64,000 nt of DNA, from NCBI GenBank assembly GCA_030141605.1, contig JAQGDQ010000286.1, forward strand, positions 124,001-188,000. Direction: 5' to 3'. Positions 11,437 through 22,859 of this stretch are shown piece after piece. Position 1 is the stretch's first letter. Each line of letters begins with the position of its first letter. The DNA comes from Tubiluchus corallicola (lineage: Eukaryota > Animalia > Priapulida). The notes beneath the pieces are model-generated. The model was not told the DNA's origin. It saw nothing but the letters and a program-made list of their open reading frames with translations, and did not search any database. A program made the position numbers and the translations under genes.

Positions 11437-12489
11437 ATAGCTAGAAAACTGTTACTAAATACTAGTACTAAATATTAGAAGCTCAAATGCAAATGAAACT
11501 AAAAATACACGGAGATAATATGGTTGCGGAAAAGGTGTTTTGTAACAGTTCACTAATCACAAGTGTCATTTGGTGACCTGGTAATGCATGCTGCAATCTG
11601 TTGTCAATTGTAATCAAGGAACATGTGTTCTAAAACTGCTAATTGGTAGAACAAATGATTTGTGTGCATACTCGGTCACAATTTACGAGCATGACCATGG
11701 TGAATGTGACATTTTAGTTTTGTGTGACAACCATTCCTAAACGTCTTAAAACTATTTTAATGGGTGCCAATTGTTTTATCGAGTATATCAGTTGTTGGTT
11801 ATCTATTCACGACTAATTAATAACCAATAATTGATCACAATTAATTATCGAGGGTAGTATATAGTAAAAAAGTTTTCGAGGTTATAATATTATGCACATT
11901 TAGGTAAGTGTTATTGATTTTTATCAACGTGTAAGGGGTTACACACCACAGTACCAGTGTTGAATGCTTGGCATTTGAGAGAGGACCATTTACAGATCCA
12001 TAGGTACCACCTCTGTCCTTATTTCTTTGGAATAAGGTATTCTTGGATAAAGTATTAAATAATTATCAGCACCCAAGTCATCTTGGAAATAAGTAAAGTT
12101 TAATAGGTTTTATATTGACATCCAAGTCTTGACTTGGAAATAACTGTTTACATGACTGAAATTTCACAATTATTTGTTTTTGTAGTAAGCTCTACGATCT
12201 AAACTTGATGAAAGTGATACAGCGTGAATAGCACCAGGGAATGGTTAATAAAAAATTCTTGAATTATAAATTTATGATAATGTGGGCAATCCAAATTATG
12301 TGCATTGGTTCACCCTTACTTGACATCCCCATGTGCTACATTGCTGCTTATACCCTAGCCATGTATTGTGGCGCTGTATGAACAAGGTAGATCCTGCATT
12401 GACGTCCTCTTTGGAATGTTGTGTATTACTGATCTTGTCAATTGTTACAAAATTGTGAAAGGACATTGCTTGGCAAGAACAGGGTTTTT

Positions 12490-12595
12490 TCTCAAGATCA
12501 TGGAGTGAAACATGAAGCCATGATTCCAAACTTCATTGGATATATTGCTTCTTAAGTCACCCATCCATGAAACTCGTTTTCAGCTGATACTGTAA
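12490..12595 (-). pseudogene. Possible hAT transposase dimerisation-domain remnant
   Basis: Frameshifted translation SAENE...LRSNISNE/LESWLHVSLH resembles the hAT C-terminal SAxxERxFS...LRxxLS motif. Weak. Confidence 0.3.
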
Positions 12596-13092
12596 GTACA
12601 CAATCTGTCAAAAAATGTAAAATGAACAAGAGAAGGAACCACACATGAGTTCAATTCTAGGTTTTGATTTCACTGTAAAGAAAAAAAAGAAGTACACAGC
12701 AAAGCGTCACATGCCAAGGCAGTTCAAGGCCTCGCAGAAGGTCAGCCAATACACGGGGATGTCAAGCAAGCGCAAACGTCCAACGTAGTATTAATTAATT
12801 CAAATTATGGTTTGTTAGCCAATTGTAGTCTCTTCATTATTTATGGCAACAAAATTTGTGAAATTATCGTATTTTATTTTTACGTTTAATGAATTAGTCT
12901 GTAAAACCTTTTGGGGTTTATATATTAGGTCTACGAATTATTCCAAAGTTTCTCACTAAAATTTAAACACTAAAACTACTTTGCACTATTTACGCATAAA
13001 TCGTGAACTTCAATCTAAAACTCCTTACAAATTCGATCATGCGATTTCAACGTTGCCAAGATGGCGAAGCAATAGCATCATTCTTCGTCCTC

Positions 13093-14015
13093 ATGGGCAA
13101 TTGTCATCAACCAGTGGCCTACGACCGCCACGACGCTCACAATCATGTACGGGGGTATACCGGTATGCACTGACTAGTTATGGATTACTGACTAGTTACT
13201 GGGGATTAGTAACTGAAATTGGCACATGGCCTCTAAAACATAAAGTGAATTATAGGAGACAGATGTTCTATCGGAATTTACCGATTAGTAAACTAAGGAG
13301 ATTAACATCACAGAGGTACTCGAAATGCAAATAAACAGCGCACATGAAAGGTCATGGTATAATGAAGTAGTTGAGGCTGCAAAAGAATATACCATAAATG
13401 CTAACAAAGAAAGGGCAAAGGTCATGAAAAAGTCTGAATAGAAAAAAGAAATAAAGAATAAGATTGAATGTTTTATAAAGAATGAATGTGCAGAAAAATG
13501 TAGGAGCAGCATTAAATTAAGATTTTTAAAACAAACCGAGTGGAAACGACAAAATTACATAGACACGTGCAAGCCAGAAGAGGTTAAAGATATATTAAAA
13601 ATAATACTGAATATGATTAAAGTTAAAAGAAACTACAAGAATGAGTTTAAGGATCAGTTATTATGCCCAGTGTGTGGGGAAGATGATGATACTACTGAAC
13701 ATATGCTTAAATGTGGCAGATATGGAGAATGGAAAAAATTTTGAACTCAGATATATTAATGAACAGTGAAAAGGAAGCAATGCTAGAAATCAGAAATCTA
13801 GTGAACGAATGCATGGAATACAGGATAAAGACAAATAAACACATTAAAGTGGGAAAAGACAACTAAAAGATCAGCGTTATAGAAAAATAGACTTTGCACC
13901 CTATAAAGGTGTCCGCCTCTGATAGGTGGAGAGAGTCGAATATTGCAATGGGCAATTGTCATCAACCAGTGGCCTACGACCACCAAGACACTCACAACCA
14001 TGTACGGTGGTATAC
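13093..14015 (+). mobile_element. 5'-truncated non-LTR retrotransposon (RT C-terminus plus CCHC finger) bracketed by 68-bp direct repeats
   Basis: GLVTEIGTWPLKHKVNYRRQMFY...KQTEWKRQNYIDTC...LLCPVCGEDDDTTEHMLKC (CCHC at 13664-13714) with stops and frameshifts. Repeats 13093-13160 and 13948-14015 differ at 5 positions. Confidence 0.75.
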
Positions 14016-14141
14016 TACTAGTGTGCTATTTTCAATATTACATTATTGCTACTGTTACTCAACCACCATGAGTACTGACTAACAGTCAAATGACTAGCCA
14101 TCTTAACTTCGTCTCACTACTGGCCATATCTCTGTGACTTA

Positions 14142-14407
14142 AGTAGTAACTGTTCAGAAGCCCTCCCAAATACAGCCTCTTCTGGAGCACTACTGCTTAT
14201 CACCACTCCCTGTCAATAGCCTGCTTTTCCAAAGCTTATTATTATTCAACATTCTTTGCTTTGTCAGTTGTCACTTCATTGTAATACTTCTTTTTTGCAG
14301 TGCTGTATACTTAACTGGAGCAGTAACTGCTGAGAATCATTCCAAAATATAGCCGCTGCTCTGCAGCAATACTGCTTATTAACATCGCCTGTGCACAGCC
14401 TAATTTT
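14142..14407. repeat. Diverged direct repeat, period about 177 bp
   Basis: AGTAGTAACTGTTCAGAAG...TACTGCTTATCACCACTCCCTGT (from 14142) versus AGCAGTAACTGCTGAGAAT...TACTGCTTATTAACATCGCCTGT (from 14319). Confidence 0.55.
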
Positions 14408-15771
14408 GTTCTGCATTCTATCCTTTCATAGCCTGTTAATTGCATGACCTGGTCCACCATAGCCCAACCACAATGACCTTCTCCACCACAGTTTTACAGA
14501 TGACGAACACTTCACAATGAGAAATTAAAGCATTATACCGAAACAAAAATTCAAGTATAACACTTAAACCAAATAAAACTAATAACTATGTACTCCTTTT
14601 AAAGTATTCTGATAATACTTGGAAAACTTGTAATCCATTGATAAGTGAAGTTGTTATCTACAAGTACAAGGATGAAATAAACCTGACAAAAGTTAACTGT
14701 TCAGCCTTTAATTATGTCTGAATGTCTGAACACAACATGAAGTGTTAAGTTGCATATTTTTGCATTATAGAATATTTGTACGAAACAAATACAATAAATT
14801 TTAATTTGTAAAAAAACAGCTCAGCACTAATAAGATCCAAATTCCAATTAGATAACTTATTTATTTACATAAAAGAGGCAGCACAGCAAAAGTACAAGTT
14901 GCCATAATTATTTTTAGAAAAGGCAGTCTCAGTTGAGTAAAAACGCAATGATCAAGTATAACTTAAATGTGATAACAATACAGCAACAACAATAATTAAA
15001 ATGGTAATGTACTATACTACGTTATTTAGGTAAAAAATTACAATATCTTCTAATGAGTTGTACAAATGATATACTAAGATACCTTTTAACCATGTTTTCT
15101 TGCCCAATGCAACTCATGTGAGAAGCCTTATTAATTTCACTAGATTTGACAGCTAAGCACATGAAAATTATGACAAAGTTGCAAACATAAACTTTAGCTG
15201 TTCATAGAAGGTAGAAATTTATAATAATGCACAAACTATACAGAACTTTCTAAACCTCACAGCACAACAATATTTCAAAAAGGTACATAAAATAAGCCTT
15301 GCAACAATAAAACTGCTACAACCCAATTACAGAAACACACATAAATGCACTTCTAGTACATACATCTAGAGTTCATCTTTAGCTCATAAAATTTATGTGA
15401 TTCAGGTAAGTGAGGTAAGCAAATGCATATGAATACTCATTGTTGATGTAAAGAGCATTACTAATGCTAATACTACAGATTACTCGTCAGAATTTTGTAT
15501 GTTTATTAAAATATAAACATGTTTCAATCAACACAAATAACTTACTCAAACAAAATTTTATGAAAACTAATCAAACTGCTATACACTTATGAATTAAAAC
15601 ACAAACAATTTTAGTGAATAAATATGGAATTAATGTGACAAAATGGGCATGTCGAGATACTTTTCAATAATTTCACAGTTTTTGCTACAAAAATCTGGCA
15701 AACATATCACAGAAGCTTGTTCATATCAATATGTCATTATAAAATAATACTAGTTCTCATTCCCAGAAATA

Positions 15772-18700
15772 CTATCTTCGCCTTGTTCCACCGAATCCAG
15801 ATGCTGTTCTAGTCCCCGTGCTACCGCCAAATGATCCACCGCCACCAAAACTACCTCCTCCTGACCCCCACCCAGAGCTACCTCCCCAACCTCCACCCCA
15901 TGTTCTGCGTCCTGGATGGTGGTAATTATATCCACCATGCCTACAGTGATAAAAAATAATAAATTAACAAAAATATACAGTAAAATGCATATATATATAT
16001 GAATATTTGTTATCTCACAATAAAAAAATTTAATTGAAGGGACATTTCAGCTACGTACTAATGGCTATCATGAGACCACAAAATGATATTTCTTGAAGAG
16101 AAAGATCGTCATCTAAAGCTAAAACTTTTCTCTAATTAGTTAAAAGATGATCGTTCATTAAAATAAATAAAATGTATAATCATGGGGCATTAGATCATTA
16201 AAATAAATAAAATGTATAATCATGGGGCATTAGATCAGACAATTTTTCTGCAATATTCGGTGTCTTTTTAGGCAATAACAAATATTGCAGTGCACACAAA
16301 CAAAATTAGTCATAATTTTTTTAAATCAAAAAGAGAATTTCTTTAATGGTTACTGTTACTGTTAATGCAAAAAAAGCTTACCAACATACTGTAATTCAAA
16401 TCTAAATTTCTTACAACAGAGATTTTTTTGTTGTTTTCTGGCCTCATTTTGATTTCTGTATACCACTTATAAAAACATCAAACATTTTTTTTGTTTAAAG
16501 ATGACAAATTAATAAAGTATCAATAATAATAAATACACAAGTTCACATATTACAAAAATTTTAAAATGTACACATTTGTAGCAAACTTAAATTTTCATAA
16601 CTTATGAGCTACGTTACCCTCTATTGCCAAACAAGTATCCAAGTGCACCACCAGTTGCTAAACCGCCCCAGAATCCTCCCAAGCCACTCCCACCTGTGGC
16701 TGCACCCATATTTTGCCCACAACTTGCACCTAGTAAAATGAAAAGCAAAACTAACTATATATTTACATTCTATTTTATGAGAAAGTTAATACCAATACAA
16801 ATATCATCACAGCATCTAGATAGCCAAATTATTAACATTTAGAGTTATAAAAATTTTGAACTCATTTCAAAATTTTAGTTGTTTAAAAAAAACAAAATTT
16901 CCAACTCAAAAGAGTCTCTAAGAATATGATGTAAGTATATGAAATATAAAATGAAAAAGAGTTCAACTTAAAATGTAAATAGGTACCTTGAGTATAATCC
17001 TGCCTAAACCCATACGGAGGAGGGCTACCGCTACCGGAGCTATAACCTCCACCTCTATAGCGAGAGTCTCCACTGTCGGGATAATCGCCACTATCGGGAC
17101 TATAAGCATGCTGGGATACACAGCTTCTATAGATTCCATATCCAATAAGTCCAATTATGACTATCATGATTAGATCACCAAATGCGGATTTTGAAGATTT
17201 CTTGTAATGGCTAAAATGACAAAGTTGACAAAAATTATGCAACTGTGCATTGAGAGATAACTAGTTTCTCAGACATTAAATTATTTTGAGAAACTGCAGT
17301 CCACTGCAACACCAAAAACATGACACTGCAACGCCCAACACCAAAATTCAATGAATTTTTGCAATTAACTGTTACAAAAATGGCAATTCCATTTAAATTA
17401 ACTACAGTGTTTTCAGATAAAAAAGACTGATATTTGCTTTTGTTAAGAGTTAAAAAACAGCTAGATAAATACAGTTGTCAAGTACAAAATAAATATACAC
17501 AGTACAATATAAAGGCCACACGAACCTATCATATCCATGATTATGCTGGGAAGAGGTGTAATAAGGTTCATTGTACTGATTATGCCTGTTTTGTTGTTGA
17601 TACCCTTCTTTAGTAAGCTCTAACGTGTATTCAAGCTAAATAAACAAAAACCAGACATTTCAGTAAGCTAACAAAAATACAGACTATTAAAAACACCTGT
17701 AGATGGTAAATTATAGTTCTATCTTATTAGAACACTAGCTACAAAATGTTTCCATTTTACCATGAAAATAGCTCTATTTTAAAGTGTACTTTACATTACC
17801 AAGGTGAAGTTATCTATTAACCTCTTAATGAAGTGCACAAACAGTACGAGAATAATGTATATACTTCATACTTCACAGCACTGTAGAAACTAAATAAAAT
17901 GTCAAGTAGTTCTAACTTACTCCGCATGAACCTTTCAAAATGTAGGGATCATTGGGATGATCATAGCCTTCACAAATCACCTCAACCGATCCAAACCTGT
18001 AGGCATTATCCATATCTGCTTTACATTCCCACTGTAAAATTATGTGAATAAATTTTATTAACAAAATACACTGATATGAATATTATTTCAGTAACAGGGC
18101 ATTTTTGGACAAATAACAGTAAATTATAATACATTTAACATAGCTGGTTATGACTGTAATTAGCTATAAAACATATCAAAAGTATGATCACAGAAATTTC
18201 CAGATATCCCGAACTAAGCAAAGGACAATTCACTTAGCATGTTGCGTTTATTTTACTATTATCACTTAAACATAGAAAAATAACAAAGAAAATTTGCAAA
18301 AAGCTGTCTACAAAGCATAAAGTTAACTTCTCCTACCACTGAATACAAATTATCAGGCGTGGTTATAGCCGCCATTCACTTGAAAATTATGACGTAACTG
18401 GTCGACTTTATGACTTTTTGTAAGTGCATCATGGCTTTCCTCAAGTGTGAGCCACTTAAACTAATTTAAACTTTTGCAGCTTACCTAACATGCACGCAAA
18501 AATATCATAATATCAAATCTGATTTTTTGTAAAAACTTTTTATACCTTTCATGGAAATTAACAGTGAGCTGCTTTTCATCAGTTGATGAAAGACATCATT
18601 GATGGAAAAATTGGCATTCAAAATGGGAGTGCCCAAATGTGAAATGATCGAGACTTTAAAGTGATTTTATTAATTAGAGGAGTCACATATCACATTTAAT

Positions 18701-21524
18701 AATAAATCCTTCTAACATTTTTCTTAACACTGAAATAATCGTAACTTTCTGCAAGGCTTTAATACTAATCATGACAGTTGGTATCAAGCTAACATTAAAA
18801 AACATCTACCCATTTGAAAAAAATAAAATTGACATTGTCATTTTTTTAGGACAGAATGACAAAGAAGTTCACATGGTCAAGGACACGAAACACGAACCAC
18901 AATGTTAGATAGATGTACATTGATTATGTGAACTAAAGAGCTGGGATAAAGTACAGCAACATACCTGCACATCATAACCATCAGAACCACGATTATAGCA
19001 CTGCACAACATAAGGAACATACTGATTAGCAGCTGATCCACCTACACACTTCAACTGAAAAAAAATTATTAAACACTAGTTAACAGTTGTAAATAATGCA
19101 GCTAAGGAATAAGAAAACTTATTTTGGTGCCATTTGTGCATTTATAGCTTCCTCGTGATTTAATTACATTTAATCCTTACAATAATTATACTTTACAATT
19201 TCTTATTTATATGCGTCCAAACCTACTGTTTAGTCAATGATTACTTGCTCCTTTAGAAATGACTAGAAACAGTTAACTAATATGTGTTTGACCAGTGGCA
19301 CGTGTATACACTGCGGAACTGCAGCACCCCTATTTTCACTAGATATTATCGACAACATTCAATATAATGAGTATTTTTTCTTTAATTCTTTCTTCATACT
19401 TGTACATTATATAATTCTTAAACTTAACATCAGTAGCCAATCCCTAATTCATGAAAAAATGACAAAAATGCTTGTATGGAACCGCGTGTTCCACAGTTCC
19501 AGCAACGCTATATTTGGCTGTTGTGCACACGTGTTCAAGATAAGAAGCTGCATGCAAGGTAGAGACAGCACAGTCGCTCATGCAGTGCCGACCCTGTTGT
19601 GCAAATGTACGGCAGTGTTTCTTTTTGACTAAATTTTCTTTTTACACAATATTAAAACAATGGCTAAAAATTTTCTGAAGGTGCACCCCACAAATTTTAA
19701 CTCGAGCCGCAACAGCGTTTGACAGACAAATGTTATGCAGATGCTAATGATAAATGAACCTTCACTATCGAGCGTGAAGTGATCCAGATGCACTGACTTG
19801 CAATGCTACCAATAAGACAAAAGGATATGCACAATGCAGCATAATCTATTGTAAAACATCACTGAGCCATCGATATTTCATTCAAAAGCAAGTCAAATAC
19901 CTGGGGAACTGGGTTTGACCTGCGTCCAGTAGTCATCTGTCCATGGCGTAAAGTTAGAACCTTCACATCCTCCAGCAAGATCTTATCTTGATTACCACCT
20001 AAAGTATTGAGAACAAAGCTGCAAAAATTATTTGGTGATAGGTATACAAAAAAAAAATTGTCAGTAGAGCAGTTTCGGTTATAATTTATAAGTCTGGCAA
20101 TACCTCATAAAATTTAGCAGTAGGCCTAAACCTTCGCAAAATTGGTAGATATATTCATTGATGTCTTGGTTATAAAGTAACTACTCATTATTTTGCTAGC
20201 AAAATGTTTCCATCTCAGTACTGTGGTACTAGAAGGCATCCTTACAAAATCAAGAAGAGAGCAGCCTCCAATAGATGGAGTAGAAAATGGGAGGTTCTTT
20301 CGACACAGGTGGTTGACGAATTGAATAAGTTACCCGAAAATGTAATTCAATGCCACTAACACTTCTGTGTTTAAATCCCGATTAAATTGATATTGGTAGC
20401 ACAACCCAGAAAAGTTTGTCGATCCTAGTGTCGCAAACGCTTAATTTTATTACGATGAATGGTTGATTTTTATTCTTCAAAATTTTTTCTCTGATTTTAA
20501 CGATTTAACTTAATGTTTTTAACTTTCTAATTTTATGTAGAAAGTTTGAATTTTTGTAAAAATAGGCAGGAGAGCAAAACTTGGGAAACTGAATGCCCTA
20601 ATTTAATTTGTAGCAATTTTCTAAATGTATACATGTACTTTTACTTTTATATCGAAAACAAGGCAAGTAATAAAAATAATCTCATAATTATTGATGAATA
20701 TTACATTTTTACAATGATGATGAAATAAGAGTAGTTAGTACATGTTTACTAATAAAGATTTATAGGTCTATCATAAGAGACCTACGTTTTAGTTCTACAT
20801 TTTAGTAACGAGAAAAGAAATTACAACATGATTACATTAAATGTATACGTTAAGTCTAATACAAAAACACTTTAGACAGACCTATTATACTGTGTCCATG
20901 GTCATCTTCGATAATGAGCAAAGGAGCAACATAGCGACTGTCAGTGCCATGTGACTCCTGGCTAGCTAGGCCTTTGGCACAGATAAATTACTATATATAG
21001 ATCTATGAAAGAAGCCTAATTTAGCTAATTACAGACACATAGATTTGAATGACAATTACATTGGTAATTTATTACCATGCAAATTTAACACTACATTTAC
21101 ATTCAAGAACTAGTTTGCAAGGGCAGATCCATGGAAACAGCGTAAAAACACTAATTCTATATATGTCATACTCGCGTAGTTCTCGACACCTAGACTGCCT
21201 CAATGGCAGCAAGATGTTTTGCAATACAGTCCATGATCATGCAGTACTGTTGCTTCTTTTAATATAGAAATCAAAGAAAATAAGAGAAGTTTACAAGATA
21301 TTTATCAGTTCTATCCTTCAATGGTAATGGTATATTAGCATAAAAATCTTTAATATCAAAAAAAGCAAAGAACCATCTAAGCGTAATAATGCCATTTAAA
21401 GAAATACGCCTAATGTAAAAAACCACTTACTGAAGCCAAAGGCACCAATCGCTAGACCCGGCAGCAAAGCCAGTAAAAAAGAAAGACAACACAGAGAAAA
21501 ACAGCTGTTCATCGACATCCTCAT
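15772..21524 (-). CDS. SARAF: Store-operated calcium entry-associated regulatory factor (TMEM66), about 335 aa; exons 21524-21431, 19998-19901, 19054-18965, 18031-17921, 17635-17526, 17210-16987, 16729-16618, 15940-15772
   Basis: Signal peptide; ILLEDVKVLTLRHGQMTTGRRSNPVPQLKCVGGSA; WECKADMDNAYRFGSVEVICEGYDHPNDPYILKGSCGLEYTL; one TM segment; PPPYGF; GFWGGLATGGALGYLFG; C-terminal TRTASGFGGTRRR*. All seven introns are GT-AG and in phase. Four in-frame ATGs (21548, 21524, 21518, 21512) leave the start uncertain. Confidence 0.95.
16155..16237. repeat. Perfect 40-bp tandem duplication in the last SARAF intron
   Basis: TCATTAAAATAAATAAAATGTATAATCATGGGGCATTAGA occurs twice in tandem. Confidence 0.9.
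19293..19715. mobile_element. hAT-like MITE in SARAF intron 2
   Basis: Degenerate TIRs (CAGTGGCAC... / ...GAGCCGCAACAG) flanked by a near-identical 8-bp duplication, TGTTTGAC (19285-19292) and CGTTTGAC (19716-19723). Confidence 0.6.
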
Positions 21525-21549
21525 GCAGTTATATTTATTATATCCCATG

Positions 21550-22168
21550 TCCCTTTTGGACACGAAATTGCGCTGGAAACAAATCGTATTTCGACTTAGT
21601 TAAACTTGTACACTACAGTAGTGATTGTACGAATACCGAGTCTGAAATTGACCACTGCTAAGACTAGTTTCAATAATAACTGATGAATAATAATTGTCGA
21701 GAATACTTAAATAATAATTGTTAATCTAAAACCGCGGAATTTTGCACAATCGTCTATACATCCAACGACTCAGCTATTGACAGCTAAGCAAAAACATTTA
21801 ACGATGATTCAAGTCATTCAATTCTAATTTCTAAAAAATCATCACGTTGCACTTGTCAACAATGCCTAGGAACGCAAACATGATTTAGCAATCCGTTCTG
21901 AAATAGTGCCAATTAAATAAAAAAATATATATCCAGCAAAGTTATATTTAGTAACCAAATAAAATTTTTTACAAAAACGGACGTTCACTTCTCAAGTTTA
22001 TTATCACTAACGACAATAAACCATTTATTAGGGTAATAAATTGTAAAAGGCGACACGTCAGCTTAACGCGCCATAATTTAACGAACTATTTTACATAATG
22101 GCAGCGCCCTGGTAGGTCAAAAAATGCTGCGCTTTTATGTGATGTGGACATATGATGTTTCTATTGAT
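21550..22168. promoter_or_regulatory. Probable bidirectional promoter region between SARAF (-) and the F-box gene (+)
   Basis: Head-to-head gene arrangement, local CpG enrichment, GACACGTCA (XBP1/CREB3-like) at 22052-22060. Confidence 0.45.
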
Positions 22169-22594
22169 TGAGCTGTGACTAGAATTCTACTTATTCAAAT
22201 TTCGTAAAGGTTTCAGAAAACAAAATGCTTTATTGAAACCAAAGTTCCGGTCTTCTCTACTTTAGTTTAACCTGTATTTTCAAGTTCCAGCTACGTGTAC
22301 AATTTATTTATACAAGGCTGAACTACAGACAGTAAAAACTGAACAACAAAAGGAAATTGGTGCTTTTCAAAAGCGTCTGTATGAGCTGTGACTAGAATTC
22401 TACTTATTCAAATTTCGTAAAGGTTTCAGAAAACAAAATACTTTATTGAAACCAAAGTTCGGGTCTTCTCTACTTTAGTTTAACCTGTATTTTCAAGTTC
22501 CAGCTACGCGTACAATTTATTTATACAATGCTGAACTACAGACAGTAAAAACTGAACAACAAAAGGAAATTGGTGCTTTTCAAAAGCGTCTGTA
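22169..22594. repeat. 213-bp tandem duplication
   Basis: Copies 22169-22381 and 22382-22594; four substitutions seen. Confidence 0.95.
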
Positions 22595-22859
22595 CAGAAG
22601 CTTATAGGTGTCAAATAGCCTAACAGAATACCTATTGATGATTTGTATGATTGATGATGACCTGGGCAAACATTCTGCCACTATCCATCACAGGTCTTAT
22701 TTAAGTACAGATAGGGATTTCAGTCTTCTTGACAAGTACCCGTGTAGCATCTGTTGTTCTAATCACAACATCAAGTGCGTTTTGTTCTAATACATCAAGT
22801 ACTAATAAATGTGAATTTTGCAGAAATGACTGATCTTTACAACTCATTTTGTGAGCACC

